DNA of 64,000 nt, from NCBI GenBank assembly GCA_965644265.1, contig OZ286467.1:20212001-20276000 (forward strand). Direction: 5' to 3'. Position numbers and translations under genes: made by a program. The notes below the pieces were generated by a model, which was given only the letters and a program-made list of their open reading frames with translations, did no database searches and had not been told where the DNA came from. How positions within the stretch are numbered: the first letter of the stretch is position 1; every line of letters starts with the position of its first letter. Positions 49,472 through 62,678 of the stretch are shown one piece after another. This DNA is from Glycera tridactyla (Eukaryota).

Positions 49472-51005
49472 TAATAATAAGATGGGATTCAGCTCCAAAA
49501 CATTGTTCTCATGCAAAACTTTTAAAGATTTGCCAAAACTGTAGGTGAATGAGAAAGGAACTCGGTGAAAATATAATGCATTGTGTGATAATTGTATTCA
49601 TCATCTTTTCCCACCTGTCTTGAGATCAATTGTGTTTAAGATGTAGATAATGGGATTCTATGGTGTACTTAGAGAGTTGGGGCTACCAAAGTTGCTATAG
49701 AATAAGATCCACCAAAAGTAGCCCTGGCATGAAGAAAACTTCTGAAAGAAGGAAATCTAACAAAAGTTGCCCCGATATGAAGAAAGCATTCAGAAAGGAA
49801 GAAATGAACGTAGGTCGAATATGAGGAATTTATTCAGAAAGTTTCCCCTGTCTGAGCAAATCTGCAAGGTGTAGTGTGTGCAGCTGAGTTTTGTCAGTGC
49901 CTAGCTCCTGACAGAGGGCAGCCTGGTGGTTAACCTTGACTTGACCTACCTGGCTGATATTAAACAACTTGTTGATATACCCGGCCAGTTGCCGCACTTT
50001 ATATCCCCCCCCCCCCCTCCCAAACACACCAACCTTCCACTTCAATCTTCTCAACCGCAACTGTGCATTCCTTCAACCTGGCTCTCATAGACCCCTTTCC
50101 ATGCGAGAATCACCTAATTCCCAATGACAGGGCATAAGACAATGTGAGTCTCAAAAACCAGTTGTCTGATACAGAATAGGGAAAGATAGATCTGATTGTA
50201 TAAGCAATAGTTGGTGACCTCATGAGTAGTCTTCTCTTGTGACAGGTTTGACTGTATTGCAGTGTTCTACGAGAAGTATCTCCATTTATTTCATCTCAGT
50301 GATTCTTCCGAACATTATGTGAAAAATCATGTGTGCATCAAGACCCTCTCTGAGTGGATTATTGCTATTGGTAGAAATATTACTGAATACTGAAGAAAAA
50401 AACACCTGGACTTCAATCATCGAGCCTGAACATGTGTGGAAAAAAATCAACCTTTTCCAGATTCGTATTCCGGGCTAGAAACATAACGATTAATCATTGC
50501 TGGAATGGAAACATGTACCAATGGACAAAAAAGAAAAAAGGCTCTTGCTGAAATTGTTGTGCTTATATCGGCATGATTTGGGAAAAAACATTCCGGAAAT
50601 AATCCAATAGAAATGTCAGGATATCGGCGAAGAAGTGACATTGCTTTGAATGGATTTCTTTGAAGATTACAACGAGAGAATTTTCAAGTCAAGTTTGGTG
50701 TCCAGGGCATGATGGATGAGGTGTGACTCTTTCATGCCCGGATATATCATGAAATTACCATAAAATATTGTGCTTTCAATTATGATTTATTGGGAATATG
50801 ACTTTGAATGGAAGATATAATAATGAGGATGATGGAGTTGTGTGTTGTTGTTACTGGTATAGTGGTTCATCTGCTAGTTATGAGCCAGGGTTTGTCAGTA
50901 GGGTTGCTTAGATTGATGTGGGAAGGCAAGGGTTAATTTATAAAGTCCAGCAGCTGAATCCAATGGCCAGGCAAGTAAAGGGTGAAGGGCACAGGGTGGT
51001 AGGAG

Positions 51006-51350
51006 TACACACACAAGCATGAACACACACACACACACATGCATGCATGCATGCACACACACACATGCATGCATGCATGCACACACACATAAACTCACAT
51101 GTGCATGTGCCCACACACACACATGCACACATAAACACACATGCACAGCCCCTACACACATACACACACATGCACACTCTCCTACACACACATTCANNNN
51201 NNNNNNNNNNNNNNNNNNNNNNNNNNNNNNNNNNNNNNNNNNNNNNNNNNNNNNNNNNNNNNNNNNNNNNNNNNNNNNNNNNNNNNNNNNNNNNNNNNNN
51301 NNNNNNNNNNNNNNNNNNNNNNNNNACATACATACATTCATGCATGAATG
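51006..51350. repeat. (CA)/(CATG) compound microsatellite spanning a gap
   Basis: Directly visible. Confidence 0.95.
51197..51325. other. Assembly gap
   Basis: N run. Confidence 1.
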
Positions 51351-51777
51351 CAAAAATTAAATGTGTAACTGACGATGCATTTAATTCTGTGTTGCAGGTG
51401 AGTTTCAGGATCAGTTTCAGGATCGTTGAAATTGTGAGTTATATCAATTGGTTCATTGTAGGACAGAGAAAACCTGAAATGATCGAGAATTGGATGTGAA
51501 GATATAATGGTCAGTTGATTATTTCAATGATGATGGTGGATTAATCACAATTGCCATCTAGTGTCATAAATATGTAATTATTCACTCAGTGAGTGGCTCT
51601 CCCAGTCATGCATCAATGCAAGATGTAATCACCATTGTTAAGGGGGGGGGGGGGGATACCTGATCTATGCTAGTATTGGATCACATGCAGATGGACATTG
51701 CCATGGCTCAATACTGGGAGCTGCCCATTGATTGGACTGTAGGCAAGTTGGAACTGATAGCTTTTCATGTGAATATA

Positions 51778-51953
51778 CAGTGAAACCTGCTTGAGTGTAA
51801 ACCTGTGCTAGGCAAAATCCTGTCTTGAGCACATACCCTACGGTCTACCCTGATGTTTTTTTTCACTATAATTGTCCTGCGCTAAGCAAAATCCTGTCTT
51901 AAGTGGAAGAAAAATTTGGTCTCATGACTTTTCACTTAAGACAGGTTTTACTG
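51778..51953. mobile_element. MITE family C
   Basis: TA|CAGTGAAACCTG...CAGGTTTTACTG|TA, with an internal gcta(g/a)gcaaaatcctgtctt repeat. Confidence 0.9.
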
Positions 51954-53510
51954 TATCATGTGGTTCACTGAAAGATGCTTGTAAATCATTAAAAGAATCA
52001 ATCTCCACGGGCAATAATGGCAGGTGATGAAGATGATGGAGGGGGTGGTACCTCCTGCTGATCATTTTGAGATATTTGCTGTGTTTTACCCATAATTAGA
52101 GCCACACAAATAGTTAGAAAATCAAAGAAATGTGAGATGAACCCACCCTCTTAAAAATCTGCTGCCTTTATTTTTCTATAATTTTGACAAGAATCTCATC
52201 TATCTCATAATTTAGGGGGGTTTTGACACCATCTGTATGGAAGGACAACAGACCATTTCATGGCCAGTATTTGCCCCAAGATCTTGACCCCATGCTAGGC
52301 AGCTGCCTGGTCAGTGGCTATGGGGGGGGGGGGGGTGCTACTGGCCTAGGGGCGGATTAGCAAGAGCAGGCTAATTGATTTTGTCTGGCTGATACTTGCC
52401 TATATCTGACCACCCCCCCCCCTCTCTAAAGTTTAGCCCATATTATACTATGACCATTTCTTTCTCCCCATTGTCATATCTCTTCTTTCAAATGAAAGTA
52501 AGAACCTTCCGCCTTGTTAAAACAAATATTTTGCCTGTCACAAGACAGCAATGCAATGAAATGCAAGATCACACCTTTGTTGAGGAAGCCTCACTTTTGG
52601 GTGTTAGAGTGCAGATCAGACTATGTATATCATGTTCCTTTGTAATGCTGATGATGATTTAACTCAAAACGTTAGTGTGTACCAATTTGGCCTTTGGTTT
52701 TCTCAAAGTCAAAGGACCATCATGGGTTCCTCCTCTGTAACACCCATGAGTAAACCTTTCATATGAGACCTACTGTGTGTGTGTTTGTGAACAGAAAAAA
52801 ATAGGCTTGTGCTTTTGATTCATGGCATGGACTTGTAAACCATGCATCATGTCATGGACATGAAATTAATTGAACCGTATATTTCTGGAATGATGACTGA
52901 CTAGACAAATCCTTATTTGTCAAGACTTTCCCAAAGAGATAGAAGTATGATTTGTCATAGATGGATAGATACTTTCCTGGCAAGCCGGGAGTGGATTGCT
53001 CATTGAGATAGCCTCCATGCTTGAAGTTGAGCATGAAAGAAGAGGGACCCCTCTTCTTTCATGAGTTGAGGGAGGTGGGCTCTTTCACCATTATTTGAAG
53101 GGTTTCTATTCTGCATCTGGGTGTTCCTATACTTCACTGAAATAGTCCCAGGATAGCGTGAGATGGGGGGGGGGCAGGTTAGCTGGATCTTAGATCTATC
53201 CACACATCTGATCTCATTCCAGCCAGACATTCCGGCCTTAGTGGTGGTCAGGTTGGCTTGTAGCTAGTGGTTTGGGTGTAAACCCTCTGCTGGGTAATTA
53301 TGCCGGTTGAAAGAGGGTGATAGCAGTTACCCTGATCATGGCCAACAATTTGGCTTGCTGCCCGGGTATAGCAGAGACCAGATCTCCTAAATCTCTCCTC
53401 ACCAGCGCCAAATTGCCATTCCTTCATCGGTGTCGATCCACCATCGGGGATTCATCCTTTGAGGTGATAACTGCAGAAAGCTGCAGAAAAAGACTGGGAA
53501 AGAGGATATA

Positions 53511-53671
53511 CAGTCGAACCTTTCTATAAAGACCGCCTTCGACTGCATCAAAAGGTGGCCTTTATGGGGAGGTGGTCTTCATAGAGAGATCATTTACTGT
53601 TGAAAATACTACCAAGGTCGTCGCTCAGGGTAGCCTTTATAGAGAGGTGGTCTTTAGAGGAGGTTCGGCTG
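53511..53671. mobile_element. MITE family B (reverse)
   Basis: TA|CAGTCGAACCT...AGGTTCGGCTG|TA. Confidence 0.95.
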
Positions 53672-53703
53672 TACTCTTCAGAGTTACCACAGATGAACTA
53701 GTA

Positions 53704-53780
53704 CAGTCAAACATGTCTACAAAATTCACCAGTGGTCATGAGAAACAGCAGTCTCTGTTTATAGGTGGCCCATGTATAGT
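53704..53780. mobile_element. MITE family B fragment
   Basis: TA|CAGTCAAACATGTC...ataggtggccc. Confidence 0.5.
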
Positions 53781-55796
53781 TTCCCGTCCAATATTTTCAT
53801 CCCTGAGTCTGATGTTGTACAAAATCATTTTTTATTTGGTCGTATTCACTACATGGAGAAAAGATTACTATTTTCAGGAAAGTAGTTTTTCCAGTTTGCT
53901 GTACCGACGGGAGAGTGGCTGAAGAAGTTTTTTTGTGAAGACTGCGGGTAAGGGGCATGGGGGGGGGGGGGAGAGAGACTTTTAAAGGATGTCCCAGTGA
54001 AAGAAACCATAATTGAGCAAGCACGGAGGTGGGTGCAAGGTTAATGAGGATTTCTCTCCTGCTGAGGAACGCCATCTTGAGTATACTGAGCCCTTCCTGT
54101 TGATTAATACAGCAAGGATCCCACTTTGTTATCCATTCAATGTTGAGGGTAATTTAGGGGTTAGACACAGCAGTTAGCCCTTCTAACAGTTGAAGTTAGA
54201 GTTCTCCCTTAGCTGTATTCAGAATGTCTGCCCAGATAAGATTGAACAATGAAACCACTTCCTATATAAACTTCGGACTGACTTCTGATTTTTAGGCCAC
54301 TTTTGTTTTCATAATTAACGGTAGATGAGAGTCTGCAATTATACGCCCAATTGAACCCATTGAGTTGCCCCCTGTGGGGGTATAGCTGTTGGTCCATCTG
54401 TTTGGCTGCCTACCCTGCAGGGTTGCCGGGCATGAATGCCTGACTCCCACCTTTCATGTTTGTGTCGGCTGGTGGCGGAGAGATTGCGTAATCAGGCGGC
54501 ATCATCACCGACAATTGCATTATGGGTCTTCATTCATCGCATTGTCTGGCGTCACTTGGGAGCAATGGGGGCGATTTTATCTGGTTTCTAATGAACATAA
54601 TGGTGCCAGACCCACTGTTGACCCCCCTCACGCCATTTGGCACTATGGTACATAGCATGAACTATTTCACAGGATCCAAATGAATCTTCATATTCCTCAT
54701 TTTAGAGTAAATGTACCTTTTGGTTCTCAGTTGGTAGCTACCCAACCAGCAATACAGTACAGTGACTTTTGGCCCGTATGGAAACAAGAAAACAAACAGT
54801 ATTTTCAAACATGTGCACTTACTTTGAATACTGAGGGATGTGATCGTTCCACAGATTTCTGTGTTTATTAGGGCAAATTAAAAATGTATGGTATGAAAGA
54901 AAAGAGCGTTTGTAGTATTTTGGTTTTTAGATGTTGGAAATTTGACTTCCATTAGTGGAGACAGAATACTTTATATTTAGATGGTTACTCACAACCGCCA
55001 TTTTGATGGTCTTGTGACGGTCTGTCCTTTTGTTGGCTGTTATTGAGTTTCATGTATTAGTGCTATGTAGAATTCTAGGGTTTTATTTGTAGTAAGCCAA
55101 TCAACATGGAAGTTGAGTGTCATGTAGCATTTGAAGTTTCCATTAATAGTGAACCAATCTCAACCCTGTTAATTTTTGTATTATACATACATCCTGGCCT
55201 CTGGATCACGCCATTTTTGCACTGTAGAGGTCCATCTGAGAATGCCTACCTCACGGCAAGTGAAACATATATGAGCAGCCACTCACCCATTTGTCGGTAA
55301 ATTAGGAAATTAGCTACTTGTGGAGCTCCTGGTACCTAAAGAAAAACTGAAGTGCCAGTTACAATTATATCATTAGTGATTCTTCGGAATCGATGCTTGT
55401 TTGATGATATATTTCAAAAAATTATGGGCCATATTCAATAATCAGCCTGCGAAAGCTGAGCTGTTTACATGTATCTTTTTTCATTGTTGCCAGAATTGCC
55501 CCTAATGATATTCAACAGGTTGCAGTCAATCCGCATAATTATTTTGCTTGCAAGTGGCGAGTGGCTACAGCCAATTTTCTGCTAAGTGTTAGCCCAATTA
55601 GTGGACTCCTCTGTTGCTGACCTCCGCCGGCAGCCTGGATTGTTATATGTCTGTCTTCTGTTGCTGCTATGCCTGTCAGGGAGGCAACACCTTGGTCATA
55701 ATCCTTCCCAAGGCATGATGAATATCTTAATATCACACACTGGTCAGCATTGATAAGATATGGACCACACTTGATGATTCTGAATCATACATGAAG

Positions 55797-55914
55797 AATG
55801 GCCTTTATAGGTAGGTGGTCTTTACAGAGAGGTCATTTACTGTTGAAAATACTACCATGGTCGCAGCACAAGGTGGCCTCAATGAAGAGGTGGTCTTTTG
55901 CGGAGGTTTGACTG
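55797..55914. mobile_element. Truncated MITE family B (reverse)
   Basis: ggtcatttactgttgaaaatactacc core and ...AGGTTTGACTG|TA end. Confidence 0.85.
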
Positions 55915-56388
55915 TATGTGATGCATACTGATTGCACATCAACACATGTTATGAACCTTTCATTAACATGTAGGTAATTGGAAGATTCACTTGAATTCTG
56001 ATGTTTGATAGTTGTACAGGCAGTAAGTATGAGGGCTTGAGGTTGTCTTGTATGTGGGGGTTTACATTGGTTTGGAAGTGGCCGTCAGACTGCTGGGGTT
56101 GTGAGTATCTACTCCACTTGTTTCAACATGGCATCATGTGTGGGCACGTGCCGACCCCGAGATCTGACATCTGTTCTCTCCTCTCTCGGACACGTTGCCT
56201 CCCCTTGATCCTGCCAGCTGCCCACTGACCTCAAATGCAGACCCTTCAATCCACACTATCTCTCTAAAATCAAGTACTTCATTCATCAATTTGATAGCCA
56301 ACATAGGCTTAAAGTCAATAATAATGTTTGGACATTTCACATGTATCGGCTCACCTATAGTTGCCTCCAACATCTAATAGGGTGAATA

Positions 56389-56471
56389 GAGTCAAACCTT
56401 TCTACAAAGATTGCCCTTGGCCACATCAAAGGTGGACTTTGTATGGAGTTGATCTCAAACAGGTTTGACTG
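56389..56471. mobile_element. Mini-MITE family B (83 bp)
   Basis: TA|GAGTCAAACCT...AGGTTTGACTG|TA. Confidence 0.8.
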
Positions 56472-57639
56472 TATACTGCCCCAGCTATACTTAAATGATT
56501 ATCAGCTCAAGGTCTTCTGACATTTTATAATCAAGGAGCTGGGAATAGTTTGATAAGATTGAAGCAGTGATTTTCATAACATCCTTTCATGGATGCGGTA
56601 TTATTTCATTTGGATTCAATGGTGTTTTTATTCCCAATCTTCATGATTGGATCTACTTTCCATTTAGGTAAACATTATGTGAAGGCATGTAAAGGGTCAT
56701 TGAAAAGTTGCTGTTGTTTGAGTGGCAATAGTGACTTGAATGCATAAACACTTCACGGTTCTAGTGCCGCCCACAAGTAGAGATCAAGAGAGATACAGGC
56801 AACTTCCTGCATCAAATTCTATCCTGTTGTTCGTACTACTACTACCACATATTGAGACGTTTGTGAGGCCAAATCCCAACCGAATTCAACCCAATTTTAA
56901 GTGCACCCCTTTTATTCCGGAGTGTGAGGTATGCACATTGAAAATTAATTAGCTGCTTTGGGCTTCTAATGTTTCCCAAGAAAACCAAACCAATTATCTA
57001 CTCCCTTTTGACCCTTATGCTATCAATATTACAGGCACCAAGATAATATATACATTCTTTCTATTAAATCAGTCAATTCTTGGTTTAATTTAGTTAAACC
57101 CACAAATAGCAGGAGAAATGATTGAATGAATATTCCCGTGCGGCATGTTATGAGTAGTTTCTCATACACCAGATGGCACGATTCCCACTTGGCAGTGACG
57201 ACGATGACGACGAGGTGGTGACGTCTCTGCGGCGATGTCGCCACGGCGATGTCTCCCGAGATACCTCGACTCTGATGTCACCCACCTCACTCCTCATTCC
57301 CACACATTCGCGCTCCAATACTGCTTTGATGTCTAAATCATCCGACCAGAAAGTCAGATCGGAGGTGACAGCATAAATTGGTGTGGCCATCCAGGCATGT
57401 CGGCTGTATTGTATTTGCCGATAGGGGTGTGCCACGATGACCATCTGTGGATGCGGCCGCCCATTCTCACCCTTCAACTTCACTCGCTTTGATTCTGTCA
57501 ACTACAGCTACCATATTATATTAACTAAATGCACTCAGCTATGAGTTTTACGAAGCTACATTCTGTTGGTATTCACTCTTCTCAATGTTTGTATTCAGGG
57601 CAAGAAGAGATAGCCACCCACCTGCACCGGGCAGATAGA

Positions 57640-57715
57640 TTTTACTGGTGGGCGGTCTCTCAAAAGAGGTGGCGCTTGGTTAGAGGTCTATTTGAATTTC
57701 ATATAGAAAAACTGG
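57640..57715. mobile_element. MITE family A fragment
   Basis: gcggtctctcaaaagaggtgg matches 61613. Confidence 0.55.
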
Positions 57716-58814
57716 CGTGAGATTTTCAGAAAGCCCAATTTGATAAGCTTATTATCATCACTTATTGCAAATTTTCTGATTCCAGGAAATTTCCAGAAAG
57801 GTGTCATAACATATCAGAAAATTAGTGAAAGGAAAATGCCCTTCCAGAGTTGACCAAACTTTAAACAGATCATGTATTTGTGCTACATATTCACTAAAGT
57901 CTCAGTAAATACCATTGAGAACATGTTGGAGTTGGGTTAAGAAAATTTGACTATATTTCAAAGACTGTGTTTCTGTGATTTGGCAATGAAAGAGTTTATT
58001 TTGTTATATCTAGTCCAGCTTTCATACTTGACATAAAATTTGCACCCAATAATTTGTTTCCAGCCGTTCATCAGCAAGAAAAAGCAGCGATATGAATATT
58101 ACATCTATATGTACCATGTGGGTGCAAAAACTTTGATCGCTCGTGTCAGAGATGACATTCAGCCTGGTTGGCTTTCATATGTTTCCTCGTACCTCCCATC
58201 AGCTTCGATACACTGGTGGCCATCTCCATTTTACCCAATCCATGTGTGTCGGAAATTGCCACGTACATAAATAAATGTTCGGCTATGCGAGAATACATTC
58301 AATTGACAAACTCATACATACATATGATTTGGAATGCCGGCATTTCATCAACGAGGTAATAGGCACCGGCCACCATGGAATAACTCGCTGTCCTCCCAGA
58401 CAATTTACCCACTTGATTTATGATGTGGCATATTTTTCTGCCTGGTATTCGCCACAATTTGGCGTCAGGATCACACACGAATCTTGCTCTGCCCGCACAG
58501 TTAAAATTATCGGAGCAACACGTTTTCCTTGTTATCAGAGATCATCCATCCCATAGATCAGCATTTATCTGGGTTTGCATCCTCAGCCTGGAGCTGGTTA
58601 GCAGGGATATGGCCGTTGATATTCATGAGACTTGATTCAACATTTACCCCCTCTTCCTCATCCCCACCCCTTTGTATGAATATCTCTCCTTGGGGCATCA
58701 AATATTGCGGATTTTGACATCAGGTTTAAGAAAGTGTTCCATTCATACTCCTTTAAAAAAAATGACTATGATCTTGTTAGTGAGATTTTCTGTTTTTGCA
58801 GCAACAGTCATTGT

Positions 58815-59260
58815 TCTTCCTCCTCCTCCTCCTGCTCCTCCTCCTGCTGCTCCTCTTCTCTTTCCCTATTTCTCCTGCAACACTCCCCCTCCTCCTCCTC
58901 TTCACTCCTTTCTTCCTGGTTTTACCCCTGCCCCCCTTTCTACTCCTACCAAGCAGCTGCTCCAGCTTCTCTCTGCTCCTATCCCTCCTAATGCTCCTGC
59001 TCTTTCTTCCGCCCCCTCTCCCCTGCTCCTGCTCTCTTCCTGCTCCTGCTCCTGTTCCTCCTCCTGCCCCTGCTGCTCCTCCTCACCATTCCCAGCTGCT
59101 GATGCTTCTACCCTCCTCCCACTTTTCCCCTTCCTCCTCTTCCTCCTGTTCTGTGTTGTCCTCCTACTCACCCCCTCCTCTCTCTCCTCCTGCTCACTCT
59201 CCCCCTCTATTAGCACCACCACCATCACCATCACCACCACCACCTTTTCCTCCTCCCCTA
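58815..59260. repeat. Pyrimidine-rich cryptic (CTC/CTG/CAC) triplet repeat
   Basis: Low-complexity CT-rich tract. The overlapping ORFs on both strands reflect its composition. Confidence 0.9.
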
Positions 59261-60936
59261 AATAACCACTTGTTCATCTACCACCAGGAAATCCAACATG
59301 CGAGCAAGAAGTGCGCAAGAAAATTGTAGAAATGACAGAAGAAATAGTAACAGTTGGCAGTGTGTGCATAGATATATCTTTATACAAATTTCAGGGGCGG
59401 CTGCATTCCTGACTAACACAAATAATCATCACCAGGAACATACAAATTCTTGCAAACATCAAAATAGATACATGGCCCAGGCATCTAATTGAAAAAAGAA
59501 ATCTGCTGAAATGTAGTTATTTACGTATTTTATCTGCCGAGGCCTCGCTTTACCCCAACATTAATCTTGATTTGTGTTCCCATAAAAAAACCCAGCAGGG
59601 TGGTAGTGTCTATTAGAACACATGAGTAGTGAATGTTGCGAGATTCAGCCCGCCTATAGTCAGCTTCTGTCTGAATGGTGGATTGGCGGAGGTGTACGAT
59701 TACCTCCAGGGAAAGCCCTCTCACAATCTCCTGTAGATTTCTAGTGATTAGGTCACACCTTCTGTAGCATCTTCTCCCAGCTGATTCATCGAAGTAGATT
59801 CCTGTCTGTGACGGCTTTTCAAACTTTTATATTTTGTAAAAAGACCTGGCCACCTGCACTCACAACTGCAGAATTGGAGCGACTGTATCTGAAGGCACAA
59901 CACTGCATGAAAGTGCATAATTAAGTACATATGCCCGATGATATGAGTAATAGCATGGATGCTCCTCTAGCCGAGCCATTTTATGCCAAAAGTCAGACAC
60001 TTTTGATTTGCTGTTTTCGATTAACGGTACTTTCAACACAAAGAAACACATCTAATATCCTTTTTTCTTTTGGTTCTATTTATCATGTTATAAGAGTGCG
60101 GAAATGGATAACCACTGAATCTGAACAAGCCAGTTCACTGAATACTCGCGTCTGCCCAGGAGGCTACTCTTTCAGGGATTTTAGGAAGGAAATCCGAGTG
60201 AAGAATGAGTCTTGAAGTGAACAGAATACAATTCCAATAAAGCTGGATCTTGGGAAATATTACTGCTGGTAACTTGATATGACTGCCAATGATGATATGA
60301 GAGAAATCATATGAATGGAGAAATTGTGCCAAGCTCCAAAGTTGTTAATGCCATTATAGCATAACCAGTGCCAGTTATTGGGTTGAGATAATAGATAATA
60401 AAGTGAAAAAACACTGACAACTTGTCACTAAAATAACCATAGAAGTTGCTGATCAGGGGCATCGAAGTGCATATTTAAGCAGATATGTCAGTATAGATAG
60501 CCAAGATCAAAGGCAAATATCATAATCATCTCCCAAGATTTATCTCAGATAATGGGGTGAAGTTGGCTGACAGAGATGATGCACCCCGACAGATGCACAC
60601 CTTCCTCCTCCTCCATCCATCTCTCCATCCCAAGGTAGCCATCATCAGGGCAACCAGCTTTGATCAGGGCTATCTTCTCGCATCATCTTCCCCATCATCA
60701 TCTTCATCATAGCATCACGTAGAGGATGATAATCCCTCACATGTGCGGCTCTGCTATCAGCAGTGATTATTGCATACAGAGATCATCCCAGATTATCCAA
60801 GATCTCCAGCTATTCTGGTATACCCTAGGGTTATATACCATATTTCGAAGCCTTGACTCAGCATGAAATCTGATGTCTGAAACAGATTTTTTTCCAAACT
60901 TAGAAGTGGATGATATTTCATGAAAACCACACACTA

Positions 60937-61105
60937 CAGTGAAACCTGTGATGGAAGACCACCCTAAATATCACCAGTAAGAGGTTACCTGAAAAATGGT
61001 GGTCTTTCTTGGAGGTATATTTGATAATGTCGAATAGAAATGCTGCTGTGAAAAAGCGTCCTCCCATTAAATATGGTCTTTTTCTGGGGACTTTCGTCGA
61101 AGATG
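60937..61105. mobile_element. MITE family A, right end eroded
   Basis: TA|CAGTGAAACCTGTGATGG..., with family-A internal motifs. Confidence 0.8.
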
Positions 61106-61109
61106 TATA

Positions 61110-61233
61110 CAGTCATACTCTTTATAAAGACCGCCATCTGTCAAATAAAAAATGGCCTTTGTAGGGAGGTCATTTACTTTTGAAAATTATACCATGTTAG
61201 CAGCTCTGGATGGCTTTTATAGAGAGGTGACTG
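61110..61233. mobile_element. MITE family B directly abutting the family A copy
   Basis: TA|CAGTCATACTC...GAGGTGACTG|TA. Confidence 0.75.
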
Positions 61234-61612
61234 TACCTCAAAATCCCTCACCACCACCAACCCATTCCTCAGCATCAATTGTTATGTAGAAAATCCACAT
61301 GGCCAGTATGTAGCTAATGCCATGGTACAGCTGGAGTTGGGGATGGCAGGGGATGCACATCTTGTATCAGGATGTTATAGATTCATGACTCACTTGTGGG
61401 TCATTCACACCTGCGAGGGTGTGAATCATATGAGTAGAATTCTGATGAGCCGTGTTGCACACAGATCACTCATTGGAGATCATGCAGCGCTTTCACCAAA
61501 GCATATGTCCGTAGGATGCTGATCAGAACCGTGATACGCTGATCACACGTTTTGACTGTATCCTCTGAGATGACCTACACATAAATACAGCGAAGTCTCT
61601 ACATATATTGTA

Positions 61613-61788
61613 CAGTGAAACCCGCGACGGGAGACCGCCCTAAATGACACCAAAAAGCGGTCTCTCAAAAGAGGTGGTCTCTCGTCGGAGGTATATTTGA
61701 CTATGTCAAATAGAAAAGCTGCCCTGGAAAAGCTGTCTCCCGTCGGAGGTGGTCTCAAGTCGGGGGTCTCTCGTCACAGGTTTCACTG
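61613..61788. mobile_element. MITE family A, CpG-rich (young or consensus-like) copy
   Basis: TA|CAGTGAAACC...GGTTTCACTG|TA, with an intact hairpin and many CpGs retained. Confidence 0.95.
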
Positions 61789-62007
61789 TATCAGTACCTT
61801 ATTTGTGATCTTTTATCTTTTGGTTATCCTAGAGCAAGGTTCTGAAGGAGATTGTCTCTTTTTAGACCTCATCAAAATTTTTGAAATACTCTGTTGATCC
61901 TGACTTTTGGTTCTCAGCATTTAATACCCAATCAGATTGTCTATGCATGATTAATTTCTCATATGCTTCACTACTGAATATATGGATTAAATAGATTTTG
62001 TGAATTA

Positions 62008-62149
62008 CAGTAGAACCTGGTCGCACCAAAAAGCGGTCTTTATAGGCAGGTGGTCTTTATAGAGAGGTCATTTACTGTTGAAAATACTATCACGGTCACA
62101 GCCCAGGGTGGTCTTTATAGAGAGGTGGTCTTTAGAGCAGGTTCGACTG
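62008..62149. mobile_element. MITE family B (reverse)
   Basis: TA|CAGTAGAACCTG...CAGGTTCGACTG|TA. Confidence 0.95.
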
Positions 62150-62483
62150 TATAATATAATTTGACCATTCATTCATTCATTTGCTGATTCATTTATTTGC
62201 TAATTATTTATTTTTATAATTATTTATTGATTCATTAATATATATTTCAATCCTGCATCACTTGGATAGAGAGAGAACTTTGGCTGGAGATTTTGGGAAT
62301 CACACTTCTTTCCTTTGCTCCATTCAAATCAGGTCATTGGAATAGTGCATGTGTTGGTGCCATCACAGCTCAGGGGACAGGTGTTCAAATAGACACTGTA
62401 CTGCACACAACTGTTGGATGTTATGTTCTCAGTGCATGAAAAAGATCAAATGACAAGAAACTGTGCAATATTTTTCTGGAAAG

Positions 62484-62489
<6 letters not shown>

Positions 62490-62560
<71 letters not shown>

Positions 62561-62611
62561 GGGGTAGAATGGATAGATGGATGGATGAAGTAGGTATTGT
62601 AGGATTGATGC

Positions 62612-62678
<67 letters not shown>
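62490..62678. repeat. (GA)n and (GACA)n microsatellites
   Basis: Directly visible. Confidence 0.97.

Noticed and set aside
58672-59329. Pro/Leu/Ser-rich and Glu-rich ORFs
   Set aside because: This is low-complexity triplet DNA, open in several frames on both strands, with no splice-bounded structure.
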